Shown here in pieces: positions 22,501 through 32,236 of a stretch of 64,000 bases of DNA. The position numbers were made by a program, and so were the translations under genes. How positions within the stretch are numbered: position 1 is the first letter of the stretch; the number at the start of each line of letters is the position of its first letter. Source of the stretch: Patescibacteria group bacterium. GTDB lineage: Bacteria > Patescibacteriota > Patescibacteriia > UBA2591 > UBA6264. Location of the stretch: contig JAIPGN010000002.1 in the NCBI GenBank assembly GCA_021735685.1, positions 3,183 to 67,182 of the forward strand, read 5' to 3'. Under the pieces are notes generated by a model that did not search any database, was not told where the DNA came from, and was given only the letters and a program-made list of their open reading frames with translations.

Positions 22501-22760
22501 TCGCCACTAAGGTTAAAAAAATTCTCACTCGCAAAAAAGAAATGATGAAATTTGTAAAAATAGAAGATCCTTCTGGAGAGATTGAAGTTATTGTCTTCCC
22601 GAAAATGTTACAAGAAAATTCCGACCTTTGGGAAGAAAATGAAATTATTTCAGTAACTGGAAGAATTTCTCATAAAGACGACTCTCTGAAAATTATCGCT
22701 GAAAAAGCCAAAAAAGTAGAAAAAGAAACATTAGATAATTTATTGCTCAAAAATAAATAA
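19560..22760 (+). CDS. dnaE: DNA polymerase III alpha subunit
   Basis: PHP motif HLHSHYSLLDG; GRGSAAGS and PDIDLDF motifs; no intein evident. Confidence 0.98.
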   Translation: MSFVHLHLHSHYSLLDGLPKVDEIIAEAKKQKMKAVALTDHGVMYGAIEFYQKAKANNIKPIIGMEAYLAPHGLANKRGKIDEKPFHLVLLAQNNKGYQNLIKLNSIAHLQGFYYKPRLDKNILKQHSEGLIALSACLQGEIPRLIINNQTKEAENSLQEYQKIFGENFYLEVQDHPNLSEQKTVNKIIFKLAKKYKVGLVATNDVHYIKPEDDEIQDVLLCVQTKRKKNDSDRLSMVGNDFSFRSEEKMKESFKDHPEAITNTEKIADSCSVEIKFGENKLPYFPLPEKENADQFLKEFCLSKIKERYGKKTKAVTERLEKELNVIRKTGFAGYFLIVQDFVNWAKTNNIVVGPGRGSAAGSIVSYLLNITNIDPLKYDLIFERFLNEDRINMPDIDLDFTDKRRDEVLQYIEEKYGQDHVSQIITFGTMAARAAIRDVGRVLDCPYSFCDRLAKTVPFGFKLKKALASNQELKKLYEQEPEAKKIIDIAQKIEGVIRHASKHACGLLITPLPLTAYVPVQYDVSGQEKTVISQYDMYAVEKLGLLKVDLLGLKNLSIIETALKIIERTKGDEIDVNKVPLTDKKTFKLLQKAQTEGVFQLESAGMQKNLKKLKPTCFEDIIAMVSLYRPGPMELIPDYIARKKGQRKINYLHPKLKPILENTYGIAIYQEQILRIVRDLAGFSLAEADVLRKAVGKKINKLLQEQKEKFIQGCQKNKIPKATAQKVFAFIEPFARYGFNRSHATCYATIAYQTAYLKAHYPTEFVAALLCADQNNIDKITTEIKAAEQMGIEILPPNINESFKDFTVVEENKIRFGLLAIKNVGQGISETVIKERKKHGDFQSLEDFLGRIHSKDMNKKSLESLIKSGALDMLGERNQMLNNIETLLDFSRKKQKDKANGQSTLFGMITSSDNQINNLNLRNTAPAKREKKLLWEKELLGLFVSEHPLKEYESLLQKYATPIIELENQNSSRKIKVVGIATKVKKILTRKKEMMKFVKIEDPSGEIEVIVFPKMLQENSDLWEENEIISVTGRISHKDDSLKIIAEKAKKVEKETLDNLLLKNK

Positions 22761-22821
22761 AGTGATATAATCTAGCCAAGAGATCATCTATTTTCATTTA
22801 AATCAGATTATAAAACTAAGT

Positions 22822-23988
22822 ATGCCCAAAGTTTACATATCTCCTCATCAAAAAATTGGACAGCTTTTTCTTATTTTAACTGCTCTAACCATTGGAGGCA
22901 TTATTTTTGGTTTTTTTAGTTTACTTTACGGAGCAGAAATTATTATCACTCCCCAAGTTCAAGACATTGACACCAATCTCACTCTCTCCGTTAGAGAAAT
23001 TGAACCCCTTGATGTTGGAGAAGAAAAAGAAAATTACGAACCCTTTATCTTGGGAGAATTCGTAGAAATAATGAAAGAAGGAGAATTTGATTTTTCTCCT
23101 CAAAGCAATGTTTCGGTTGAGGATTATGCCGAAGGCTTAATCACCGTCAAAAATAATACTTGGAATTCGGTTACTTTTGTGGTCAGCACTCGTTTTGCTT
23201 CTCCCGAAGGTCTTATTTTTAGAGCAGTAGAAAGAATTTTTATTCCGGCTCGTGGCGAAACTGAAGTTTTGGTTCGTGCTGACAAAGTGGGAGCTGCATA
23301 TGATATTGAGCCCTGTAACTTTACTATTCCTAATTTAACTAGCCCCAGCCTGAAAGAGAATATATCTGCCTGGAGTGAAAAATCTATGTCTGGTGGGATC
23401 AAAACTACTGGAGTTATTATGCAAAGTGACATTGAACAAGCTCAACAAGAAGTGCGCGAACAATTTTACGAACAAGCAACTAAAGATATTAAAGAAATTT
23501 TTCCCGCATCTTCTAATTTTAAAATAGCTCTTCGCTCAGAAATAGTAGAAGAAAATATTAATGCTCAAGCGGGAGAAGAAAAAGGAGAATTTACCGTTGC
23601 TACTAAGATGAAAATTCAGGCCGTCGCCTTTTCAGAAGAAAAAGTTATGGATTTAGCTTTATCCTCTCTTAAGGATAAAGTAGAAAACAATAAACAATTA
23701 GTGGCTTACGAACCAGAAAGTCTTTCTTATCGTCTAATTTCATATAATTTTGCTGAAAAAAATGCTCTTCTAGAGGTTCAGGTAAGAGGCTTGACCACCC
23801 TCTCCCCTCAAAATGAAATCTTAGATGAAACTTTATTTTTTGGGATGAATCAAGCCGAAGCTCAACAATATTTAGAAGAATTACCAGAAATCCAAGAAGC
23901 TAAAATTAAATTTTGGCCATCTTGGTTAGTCAAGAAATTCCCCACTAGTAAAAATAGAATAAAAATAAGATATGAAGAAAAAATCTAA
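22822..23988 (+). CDS. Membrane-anchored hypothetical protein (baseplate-J-like domain, CPR-type)
   Basis: N-terminal TM; TRFASPEGLIFR, VRADKVGAAYDI and FTIP motifs recalled from CPR proteins. Confidence 0.6.
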   Translation: MPKVYISPHQKIGQLFLILTALTIGGIIFGFFSLLYGAEIIITPQVQDIDTNLTLSVREIEPLDVGEEKENYEPFILGEFVEIMKEGEFDFSPQSNVSVEDYAEGLITVKNNTWNSVTFVVSTRFASPEGLIFRAVERIFIPARGETEVLVRADKVGAAYDIEPCNFTIPNLTSPSLKENISAWSEKSMSGGIKTTGVIMQSDIEQAQQEVREQFYEQATKDIKEIFPASSNFKIALRSEIVEENINAQAGEEKGEFTVATKMKIQAVAFSEEKVMDLALSSLKDKVENNKQLVAYEPESLSYRLISYNFAEKNALLEVQVRGLTTLSPQNEILDETLFFGMNQAEAQQYLEELPEIQEAKIKFWPSWLVKKFPTSKNRIKIRYEEKI

Positions 23989-25783
23989 TCAGGATTCAAA
24001 TTCTGATTCTCTAGAAATTAAGAGACACTCTTGCAGTCATTTACTGGCCGCTGCTATTTTATCTTTGTACCCAAACACTAAATTTGGAATCGGTCCTGCA
24101 ATTAACAATGGCTTTTATTATGATTTAGAGCTTAAACAAGATTTAGGAACCAAGGATTTAAAGACCATTGAAAAAAAAATGCATGAATTAATCGCCAAAG
24201 ACTTAAAATTTGAAAAAAAAGTAATTAGTCTTTCTGAGGCTGAAAAACTTTTCACTCGTCTTCAGCAACCCTACAAAATTGAATTACTGCGAGACTTAAA
24301 AGAAAAAGGGAGCACTAAAATGGAAAAAGAGAAAGTCAACCAAAAAAGCGCAGAAAAAGTAACGATTTACCAACTAGGAAATTTTGTAGATCTGTGTCGT
24401 GGCCCGCACGTCTCTTCTACTAAGAAATTAAACTCTTTAGCTTTTAAACTAACCAAAGTGGCTGGAGCTTATTGGAGAGGAGACGAAAAAAATAAAATGC
24501 TAACTCGTATTTACGGTCTAGCCTTTGGTCAGAAAAAAGATTTAAAAGAATACCTAAACCAGCAAGCAGAAGCTGAAAAAAGAGACCATCGTAAACTAGG
24601 CAAAGAACTAGATTTATTTTGCTTCTCTGAATTAGTAGGACCTGGGCTTCCCTTATTTAGTCCGAAAGGAGTAATTATCATTGAACAACTAAAAAAAGAA
24701 ATAGAGAAAGTTTGCGCTGGTTATGGATTTGAAAAAGTAATGACTCCTCATTTGGCGAAAATAGAACTCTATCAACTTTCCGGACATGCCAGTAAATTCA
24801 AAAAAGAGTTATTTCGCGTTCATTCCGACCAAGGACACAATTTTGTGATGAAACCAGTTCAATGCCCTCACCAAACCCAAATCTATGCCTCCCAAAAGCG
24901 ATCTTATCGTGACCTGCCAATTAGATACATGGAGTCAGAAAAACAATACCGTGCTGAAAAAACTGGCGAAGTTGGTGGCCTTAATCGGGTTTATGCTATT
25001 ACTGTAGAAGATGGCCATTCTTTTTGCCGTGTTTCTCAAGTCAAAGAAGAAATCAAAAATATGGTAAAAATAATTAAAGACTTTTATACCTCTGTAGGGC
25101 TTTGGGAAAATCACTGGGTTTCTCTTTCTTTGCGAGATTACGAACATCAAGAAAAATATATTGGCGAACCTAAAGATTGGGATCAATGCGAAGAAATGCT
25201 TGCTGAAATATCAAAAGAAATGAATCTAAATGCCAAAAGGATTGAAGGAGAAGCTGCTCTTTATGGCCCAAAACTAGACTTTATGTTTAAAGATTCGTTA
25301 GGTAATGAAATTCAAATCCCCACGGTTCAACTTGATTTCGCCACACCTAAGCGCTTCAACCTAGTTTACACTAATGAAAAAGGAGAAGATGAATACGTGG
25401 TTATGGTTCATCGTGCTATTCTTGGCTCTTACGAACGATTTTTAGCTCTTCTAATAGAACACTTTGCTGGTGCTTTTCCAATTTGGCTCTCTCCCATCCA
25501 AGTTTACCTGACCCCAGTAGGAGAAAAGCATATACCTTTGGCTCAAAAACTAGAAAAAGAAATCAAAGAAGCTGGAATTAGAACCGAATTGGACTTAAAT
25601 AGTGAAACCGTTTCTTATCGGGTCCGCAAAGCCGAAAAACAAAAAATCCCCTACATTTTAGTCTTAGGAGATAAAGAAAAACAAGGAAATTTAAATATTA
25701 GAAAAAGAGGTGGACAAACCGAACAAATCCAAAAACAGGATTTTATTAAAAAAATATTAGAAGAAATAAGTCAAAAGAAATAA
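23972..25783 (+). CDS. thrS: Threonine--tRNA ligase
   Basis: RHSCSHLLA, DLCRGPH, GAYWRGD, RDHRKLG, YGPKLD and VMVHRAILGS motifs. Confidence 0.95.
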   Translation: MKKKSNQDSNSDSLEIKRHSCSHLLAAAILSLYPNTKFGIGPAINNGFYYDLELKQDLGTKDLKTIEKKMHELIAKDLKFEKKVISLSEAEKLFTRLQQPYKIELLRDLKEKGSTKMEKEKVNQKSAEKVTIYQLGNFVDLCRGPHVSSTKKLNSLAFKLTKVAGAYWRGDEKNKMLTRIYGLAFGQKKDLKEYLNQQAEAEKRDHRKLGKELDLFCFSELVGPGLPLFSPKGVIIIEQLKKEIEKVCAGYGFEKVMTPHLAKIELYQLSGHASKFKKELFRVHSDQGHNFVMKPVQCPHQTQIYASQKRSYRDLPIRYMESEKQYRAEKTGEVGGLNRVYAITVEDGHSFCRVSQVKEEIKNMVKIIKDFYTSVGLWENHWVSLSLRDYEHQEKYIGEPKDWDQCEEMLAEISKEMNLNAKRIEGEAALYGPKLDFMFKDSLGNEIQIPTVQLDFATPKRFNLVYTNEKGEDEYVVMVHRAILGSYERFLALLIEHFAGAFPIWLSPIQVYLTPVGEKHIPLAQKLEKEIKEAGIRTELDLNSETVSYRVRKAEKQKIPYILVLGDKEKQGNLNIRKRGGQTEQIQKQDFIKKILEEISQKK

Positions 25784-25818
25784 GTCAAAAAAGTTAAATA
25801 AAACCAAAACCGTCAAAA

Positions 25819-25947
25819 TTTTAACGCTTTTGCTTGGGGTCTGACCCCAAAAACTGCCTCTCGAAAACTAGCTCTCTGTGCTTGTTTCCAGGGCAATTAT
25901 TCAAAAACGTTAATTTTTTAACGCTTTTGCTTGGGGTCTGACCCCAA
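25819..25947. repeat. 32-bp direct repeat containing the palindrome TTGGGGTCTGACCCCAA (2 copies)
   Basis: TTTTAACGCTTTTGCTTGGGGTCTGACCCCAA at 25819-25850 and 25916-25947. Confidence 0.88.
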
Positions 25948-25971
25948 CTAATAAAATTAATTTTAGAAATT

Positions 25972-27849
25972 ATGAAAAAGGTTAAAAAAAATAAAAGTTT
26001 AAGAAAAATTATTTTAAGTTTAATGTTAATAGGAGCGATTGGGTCCTCCCTCTTGCTTGCAAATCCCTTACAAGCACAAACCGAAAACGAAAGCACTCCT
26101 ACTTTAATCTCTAATGCTGAAGCGGACGAAAACGTTACAGCCGTAGATTTAGGGATCAAAGAACCTAAAATGTTTTCCAATAACTTCTTTTATTCTTTAA
26201 AAGAAGCCTGGAATAGCATCGATATGGCTCTCACCTTTAACCCCACAAAAAAAGCTGAAAAACAAATGAAAAGAGCCAGCGAAAAATTGATTGAGGCTAA
26301 AAAATTGATTGAAGAAAAGAACCAACCAGAGAGAGCCAATAAAGCCCTACAAAAATACGAACAACAAATGTCCCGTTTCCAAAAAACAGTAAAAAGAATA
26401 GAACAAAAAGGAGAAGCTAATCTAGAAAAATTAACTGATCGCATTGTTGATAATTCTTGGCAACACCAAAATTTAATCAATGCTCTAGAAAAAAAGATTG
26501 ATCCTCAATACTTCCAAGAAGTCGAACAAGCTCGCGAACAAAGTCTCCAAGCAGCCAGTGCTATTATTGAAAAATTTATTCCGGAAGAAAAAATGGAAGA
26601 AAAAATGGAATCTTTATTAAATAAACAAAAAGGTAGCGAATTTAAAGATTTGCAAAACTTACAAAACCTCAAAAGCATTGAAGGAAAAATTAGTTCAGAA
26701 AAGAAAGAAAAAATTCAAGCCATTCAAAAAAAGGTTTCTAAAGAATTCTTTGAAAAAATGGAAGCGATGGATCAAGACAAAAAATCAGAGGCAGAATCTT
26801 ATTTAAAAGAAATCGGCGGAAACGAGTTACAAAAATTAAAAATTATAGAAGAAGTTTCCCAAAGAGATAATTGGATAAACAGTGATCGCATTAAAGAGGA
26901 AATTGTAAAAAAAGCTGGACAAAAAATAGAATTACTCTCAGAGGAAGATCAGAAAGATTATCTAAAAAATCTCTCCCAAAGCGGCGATCTTAGTGAATTA
27001 AGACTAATTAAAGATCTAGAATACAGTCTATCTTCTTCTGATTCCGTTAAAGGTAAAATCCAAGAGGCTAAAGAAGAGATCTTAAGGAAAATTAATCAAA
27101 ACCTAAACACTTCAGAGGGTAGCGAGCGAGTTTTCAGAATTTCTAACCAAAACGACGTTGAGCAATTAGATGCCCTTGAAGAAATCAAAAAATCTCTTCC
27201 CTCTGAAAAACAAGAAGCCTTAAAAGAGATGGAAGAAAAGATTGCTAATAATATCCGACAAAAGATTTCCAGTGCAAACAATGCTGAAGAAAAAGAAAAT
27301 GTATTAAATCAAATCGCCAGCGATCAACCCGAATTAATGAAAGTTATTCAAAGCTCAAAAGCCTTAGATCAAAACACCAAAGCAGAAATCCTTAAAAAAC
27401 AAACAGAAAAAATAGAAAAAAGAATCCAAACCAGTAAAGATTCGGCGACCTTAGAAAAACTACAAGAAAGAGTCAGAAAAGAAGAACAGAAAGGAGAGCC
27501 GTCTGGAGAAATGATAAAAGTTAGAGAAAGAATTGAAGAAAAAATGGAAGAAATACAAAAAGAAGAAAAAAGAATTAATCAACCTTCTTCAGAAACAAAC
27601 CGCCCTAGGCTCAATAATTCTTTAGAAAATAATGAGACCAAAGAAGGAGGAGAGACGAATTTACCCGGAATTCAAGATTCTGCGCCCCCTCCTGAAACCG
27701 ACAAGCAAATAATAAACCTTCCTTCTGTAGAGCCACTTAATCCTCAAATAAGGAAAGAGGGTGATAACGAACAATCAATCCAATCTGAAAACTCGTCTCC
27801 ATCTCTTTCTTCAGAAGAAAACCAAAAAAATCAACAAGGGCGACGATAA
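25972..27849 (+). CDS. Secreted helical/coiled-coil protein (DUF5667-like)
   Basis: Signal peptide; FFYSLKEAW...LTFNPTKKAE motif. Confidence 0.7.
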   Translation: MKKVKKNKSLRKIILSLMLIGAIGSSLLLANPLQAQTENESTPTLISNAEADENVTAVDLGIKEPKMFSNNFFYSLKEAWNSIDMALTFNPTKKAEKQMKRASEKLIEAKKLIEEKNQPERANKALQKYEQQMSRFQKTVKRIEQKGEANLEKLTDRIVDNSWQHQNLINALEKKIDPQYFQEVEQAREQSLQAASAIIEKFIPEEKMEEKMESLLNKQKGSEFKDLQNLQNLKSIEGKISSEKKEKIQAIQKKVSKEFFEKMEAMDQDKKSEAESYLKEIGGNELQKLKIIEEVSQRDNWINSDRIKEEIVKKAGQKIELLSEEDQKDYLKNLSQSGDLSELRLIKDLEYSLSSSDSVKGKIQEAKEEILRKINQNLNTSEGSERVFRISNQNDVEQLDALEEIKKSLPSEKQEALKEMEEKIANNIRQKISSANNAEEKENVLNQIASDQPELMKVIQSSKALDQNTKAEILKKQTEKIEKRIQTSKDSATLEKLQERVRKEEQKGEPSGEMIKVRERIEEKMEEIQKEEKRINQPSSETNRPRLNNSLENNETKEGGETNLPGIQDSAPPPETDKQIINLPSVEPLNPQIRKEGDNEQSIQSENSSPSLSSEENQKNQQGRR

Positions 27850-27871
27850 AATTTCTAAAAAATCCCCAAAG

Positions 27872-29116
27872 ATGAAATACTATATTGCCACTTATGGTTG
27901 CCAAATGAATAAGGCTGATTCTGAAAAAATAGCCTTTATTCTCGAAAAAGCAAAATGTCAATCAGCCCCCCGTCCAGAAGGGGCTGATTTGATTGTGGTT
28001 AATATGTGCTCTGTTCGTCAATCAGCAGTTGACCGAATTTATGGTATTAGTCAAAGAATAAAGGAAATAAAAAAGAGAAAGCCAAAGATTAAAACTATTC
28101 TCACTGGTTGTATTTTGGAAAAAGATCGCCTAAAAATGAAAAATAAGTTTGATCAAATTTTAAGCATTCCTGAAATTAACCAAATCTTTTCCGAAAACCC
28201 TTCCTCTTCTCATTATTTAAACTTAAAAACGAAACTCTCCTCTGAATTCTCTGCCTATGTGCCAATTATGACCGGTTGTAATAATTTTTGTTCTTACTGC
28301 GTAGTTCCTTATACGCGCGGCCGAGAATACTCTCGCCCGGCTACGGAAATAATAAAAGAAATAAAAGAGCTAATCAGAAAAAAGAAATATAGAGAAATCA
28401 TCCTTTTAGGACAAAATGTTAACTCCTATCATGACCCTCAAGGTAGAAACTTTCCTGATCTTCTGCAAACAATTGCCGAATTGCCAGGAAATTTTTGGAT
28501 TAACTTTTTAACCTCTCACCCCAAAGACCTCTCTCCTCAACTAATTGAAGTAATGGCTACTTATGACAAAATTTGTCCCTACCTCCACTTAGCTCTTCAG
28601 TCGGGAGACAACGATATTCTGCGCTCTATGAACAGAAAATACACTATTGAAAAATTTGAAAAAATCATTAATCAGGCCCGAAAAAAAATTCCTCAACTCA
28701 ATGTTTCTACAGATATCATTGTCGGTTTTCCCGGAGAAAGCAAAAAGCAATTCAATAACACTAAAAAAGCTATGCAAAGAATAAAATTTGATATGGCCTA
28801 TATTGCTCAATTTTCTCCTCGACCAGGCACTCGAGCTCATCAAATGATTGACAATATCTCCCCTTGTCAAAAAAAGAAAAGAGATAAAATTTTAAATAAA
28901 ATCCTATCTCAAACTGCCTTGGCTAATAATAAAAAATATGTAGGACAAAAAATAAAAGCCCTAATTGTTAACAATCAAGAAGCCAAATCATTCAATTTTA
29001 AAAAAATAAAATTATTAAGTCCTGCGCCTTTGGGTAGCTTCGTTGATTGTGAAATCACCACAGCCCAAACTTGGCGTTTAATCGGCCAACCTCTGAATTC
29101 TACGAAAGATGGTTAA
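27872..29116 (+). CDS. miaB: tRNA methylthiotransferase MiaB
   Basis: TYGCQMN, NMCSVR, CNNFCSYC and FLTSHP motifs; ATG at 27872 preferred. Confidence 0.92.
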   Translation: MKYYIATYGCQMNKADSEKIAFILEKAKCQSAPRPEGADLIVVNMCSVRQSAVDRIYGISQRIKEIKKRKPKIKTILTGCILEKDRLKMKNKFDQILSIPEINQIFSENPSSSHYLNLKTKLSSEFSAYVPIMTGCNNFCSYCVVPYTRGREYSRPATEIIKEIKELIRKKKYREIILLGQNVNSYHDPQGRNFPDLLQTIAELPGNFWINFLTSHPKDLSPQLIEVMATYDKICPYLHLALQSGDNDILRSMNRKYTIEKFEKIINQARKKIPQLNVSTDIIVGFPGESKKQFNNTKKAMQRIKFDMAYIAQFSPRPGTRAHQMIDNISPCQKKKRDKILNKILSQTALANNKKYVGQKIKALIVNNQEAKSFNFKKIKLLSPAPLGSFVDCEITTAQTWRLIGQPLNSTKDG

Positions 29117-29758
29117 ATAAACCCCAATTAAAAGAATACTTAAGGGAATCAAACTCCAGGACCAATTAAAACGAACAATAGTATTATAAAGTCCATGCAA
29201 AAGCAAAACCCAAACTAAGCCCTTAAAAGGAGATTGAGATTTGAATTTAGCTAAAGCCCAGTAATAACCAATTATTCCTCCTGTCAAAAAATGAAGAAGA
29301 GTGGCCGTCAATCCTCGGCCAAGAATCAAGGAGCTACCGAGCCAAATATTTTCGGCCGACAAAAAAGCATAAAGAATGTTTTCCGCAAAAGCAAAACCTA
29401 AACCTAAAACCATTCCGTAAATAAAACCATCTCTAACTTGATTAAAATGATGCCGAGAGTAAACCCCTAAACGAAAAAGAAAATACTTGCCAGTCTCTTC
29501 TAAGAGAGAATCAATTAAAAAAGAAAGAACTATGACTCTAATAATAGCACCACCTCCCCAAAACTTTTCACCCCAAAAAGTCAAATAGCCAGTAATTAGC
29601 ATCAGGGGAAAAGTTACCAAAGCTCCCAAAAGAAAAACTTTGAAAATCTCTCTTTTGGGTTCAGGGGCAGATCGATCCCAGAATAAACAAATAAAAAGCC
29701 AAAAAGCAATCGGCAAAAAACTAAAAAACATATAGAACAAAAGGTCACGCCAAAACAT
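29078..29758 (-). CDS. PrsW-family intramembrane metalloprotease
   Basis: EETGK, GLGFAFAEN, LLH and HGLYN motifs. Confidence 0.88.
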   Translation of the reverse strand: MFWRDLLFYMFFSFLPIAFWLFICLFWDRSAPEPKREIFKVFLLGALVTFPLMLITGYLTFWGEKFWGGGAIIRVIVLSFLIDSLLEETGKYFLFRLGVYSRHHFNQVRDGFIYGMVLGLGFAFAENILYAFLSAENIWLGSSLILGRGLTATLLHFLTGGIIGYYWALAKFKSQSPFKGLVWVLLLHGLYNTIVRFNWSWSLIPLSILLIGVYLTIFRRIQRLAD

Positions 29759-29784
29759 AAAAACTTAACTTTATTGGATTAAAA

Positions 29785-30714
29785 ATGAACAATAAACCAC
29801 CCTTAATTGTTATTTGTGGGCCCACTGCTTCTGGGAAAAGTTCTTGGGCTATCAAATTGGCTCAAAATTTTTCTCAGAAATCACAAAAAGTTGAAATCAT
29901 CTCTGCTGACAGTCGTGCTCTTTATCAAGAAATGAACATTGGCACCGCCAAAGTTACCCCTCAAGAAAGAAAAAAAATTCCTCATCATCTCATAGATATT
30001 ATTTCCCCGGATCAAAACTTTAATGTGGCTCTTTTTCAAAAAAAGGCTTTGGCTATTATTAAAAAAATTAATCAAAAAAATAATATCCCTTTTTTAGTAG
30101 GAGGTACTGGACTTTACTTAAAATCCATTACTTCTAATTTGAAAATCCCTTCTGTTTCTCCTTGCCCAAAGATAAGAAAAAAACTAGAAAAAGAAATCAA
30201 AGAAAAAGGAATTGATTCTCTTTGGCAACGACTACTCCAGCTGGATCCCCAGGCTCAAAATTTTGTTTCCCCGCAAAATCCCCGCCGGATAATCAGAGCT
30301 CTAGAAGTTTGCTTGCAATCTCAGAAACCTTTTTCTCAAATCAGAAACCAAGGTGAAGAGAAATTTAACCTTCTTCAAATCGGCATTAAAATAGAAAGAA
30401 AAGAATTATACCAACGTATTAACCAAAGAGTAGAGAAAATGGTTGAACAAGGCTTAGTGAAAGAAACTAAAGGATTATTAAAAAAATATCCACCAACTAG
30501 TCCTGGTCTACAAACTATTGCCTATCAAGAGATTATTTCTTTCTTGCAAGAAAAAATTTCCCTAAAAGAAGCTATTGAGTTAATTAAAAGAAATACTCGT
30601 CATTACGCTCGTCGTCAAATAACTTGGTTCAAAAAAGAAAAAAATATCAATTGGGTAGAAAATTATTCTTCAGCTAAAAATTTAATTGAAACATTTCTAA
30701 AAAAACTTAATTAG
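29785..30714 (+). CDS. miaA: tRNA dimethylallyltransferase
   Basis: GPTASGKS, SADSR, VGGTGLY and YARRQITWF motifs. Confidence 0.97.
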   Translation: MNNKPPLIVICGPTASGKSSWAIKLAQNFSQKSQKVEIISADSRALYQEMNIGTAKVTPQERKKIPHHLIDIISPDQNFNVALFQKKALAIIKKINQKNNIPFLVGGTGLYLKSITSNLKIPSVSPCPKIRKKLEKEIKEKGIDSLWQRLLQLDPQAQNFVSPQNPRRIIRALEVCLQSQKPFSQIRNQGEEKFNLLQIGIKIERKELYQRINQRVEKMVEQGLVKETKGLLKKYPPTSPGLQTIAYQEIISFLQEKISLKEAIELIKRNTRHYARRQITWFKKEKNINWVENYSSAKNLIETFLKKLN

Positions 30715-30733
30715 GAGCTGAGCTCCGCAGTGA

Positions 30734-32236
30734 TTAAAGTTCTAATTTTTTCTTCAACAAATCTTTAATTCGGCCTGGGTTTACCCGGCCTTTTGTTTTT
30801 TTAACTGCCTGCCCAATCAAAAAATGAATAACATTTTCTTGTCCTGATTTAATTTTCTCTATTAACAGAGGATTACTCTTTATTAGTTCATCCAAAATTA
30901 ATGACAAATCTTGCTTTACTGGAGAATCTTTCTTTTTCTCTTCCTCCATTAATTCCTTTGGAGGTCGACTGGTTTTAATCATCGCTAATAAAATCTTACG
31001 CCCCAAATGATTGGACATCTTTTTTTGATACAAAAGGACCAAAAAATCAATAAAGTCCTCTACTGAAACTGCGTCTTCTTTCTGAGAGCATTCTTCTAAA
31101 AAAACTAGATAATAATTTAAAAACCAATTGGCAACTAAAGAAATTAATTTTTTGCGAGAAATTTGCCAAATTTCTTCTTGACTGCCTTCTATTTCTCCTT
31201 GATCAACAATCCAATCTTTCAGACCGTCAATTGTTTCTTGAATAAAGGAAGAACGCTGGGGGGAAGAAAACAATACTCTCACCTTGTCCTCAGAAAGATC
31301 GTATTTATCTTGCCAATATTTTCTTTGCTGAGAGGGTAAATCTGGTAAAGACTTCTCTAGATCTTGAACCCTAAAAGGAAAATCATCTTTTGTCAAAGAA
31401 AAAATAGGCAAATCTGGTTCGGGAAAATAGCGATAATCTTTAACCTCTTCCTTACTTCTTTGAGCAACCGTAATCTCTTTTTCTGCATCCCAGCCTCTAG
31501 TTGTTTCCAACAAATCTTTATGATCTAACCATAATTTGCTCTGCCTTTTAATTTCATAAAGCAAGGCTCTTTCCGCAGCCCGGAAAGAATTAAGATTTTT
31601 AATTTCTGTCTTAGGATACAGTTTCTCTTTTTCTTTTTCTGGGCGCAAGGAAACATTTAAATCACATCTCATTTGTCCGGCCTCCATCTTAGCTTCAGAA
31701 ATCTCAAAAGCTTGAACAATTTCTTGTAACTCTTGCAAAAAAGAACGGACCTGCTCTGGGCTTTCCAACTCTGGTTTAGTTACTATCTCCGCTAAAGGTA
31801 ACCCCGCGCGATTAAAATCTAAGAAGCTTTCCCCTCCTGCCTGATGCCAGAATTTAGCCGTATCTTCTTCTAAATGAACTCTTTCTAAATTAATTTTTTG
31901 CCCATTTATTTCCAAAAAACCACCCGAAATTAGGGGACGATAAAATTGACTAATCTGATAACCTTTAGGCAAATCTGGATAAAAATAATTCTTACGATCG
32001 AACCAAAACTCGTCCGCAACCTTCCCTTTTAAGGCTAAACCCAAAAGAATAACCTTGCGTACTGCTTCTTGGTTTAAAACTGGCAAAACCCCTGGCTGAC
32101 CCCAACAAACTGGACAAATATTAAAATTAGGCCTAGTTTCTTCGGCTTGATTAAGGCAAGAACAAAAAAGCTTGCTCTTGGTATTCAAAACTAAATGTAT
32201 TTCCAGTCCAATGACTGGTTTTAAATCAAACGGCAT
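30734..32236 (-). CDS. gatB: Asp/Glu-tRNA amidotransferase subunit B
   Basis: IGLEIH, RKNYFYPDLPKGYQISQ and DYRYFPEPDLP motifs. Confidence 0.96.
   Translation of the reverse strand: MPFDLKPVIGLEIHLVLNTKSKLFCSCLNQAEETRPNFNICPVCWGQPGVLPVLNQEAVRKVILLGLALKGKVADEFWFDRKNYFYPDLPKGYQISQFYRPLISGGFLEINGQKINLERVHLEEDTAKFWHQAGGESFLDFNRAGLPLAEIVTKPELESPEQVRSFLQELQEIVQAFEISEAKMEAGQMRCDLNVSLRPEKEKEKLYPKTEIKNLNSFRAAERALLYEIKRQSKLWLDHKDLLETTRGWDAEKEITVAQRSKEEVKDYRYFPEPDLPIFSLTKDDFPFRVQDLEKSLPDLPSQQRKYWQDKYDLSEDKVRVLFSSPQRSSFIQETIDGLKDWIVDQGEIEGSQEEIWQISRKKLISLVANWFLNYYLVFLEECSQKEDAVSVEDFIDFLVLLYQKKMSNHLGRKILLAMIKTSRPPKELMEEEKKKDSPVKQDLSLILDELIKSNPLLIEKIKSGQENVIHFLIGQAVKKTKGRVNPGRIKDLLKKKLEL

Noticed and set aside
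19560-22760. Intein or intron in dnaE
   Set aside because: Length is normal, motifs are continuous, and no splicing signature is visible.
22822-23988. Prophage baseplate gene
   Set aside because: It is TM-anchored and isolated between dnaE and thrS with no other phage genes.
25821-26180. 119-aa minus-strand ORF
   Set aside because: It is antisense to the DUF5667-like gene and runs through REP-like repeats.
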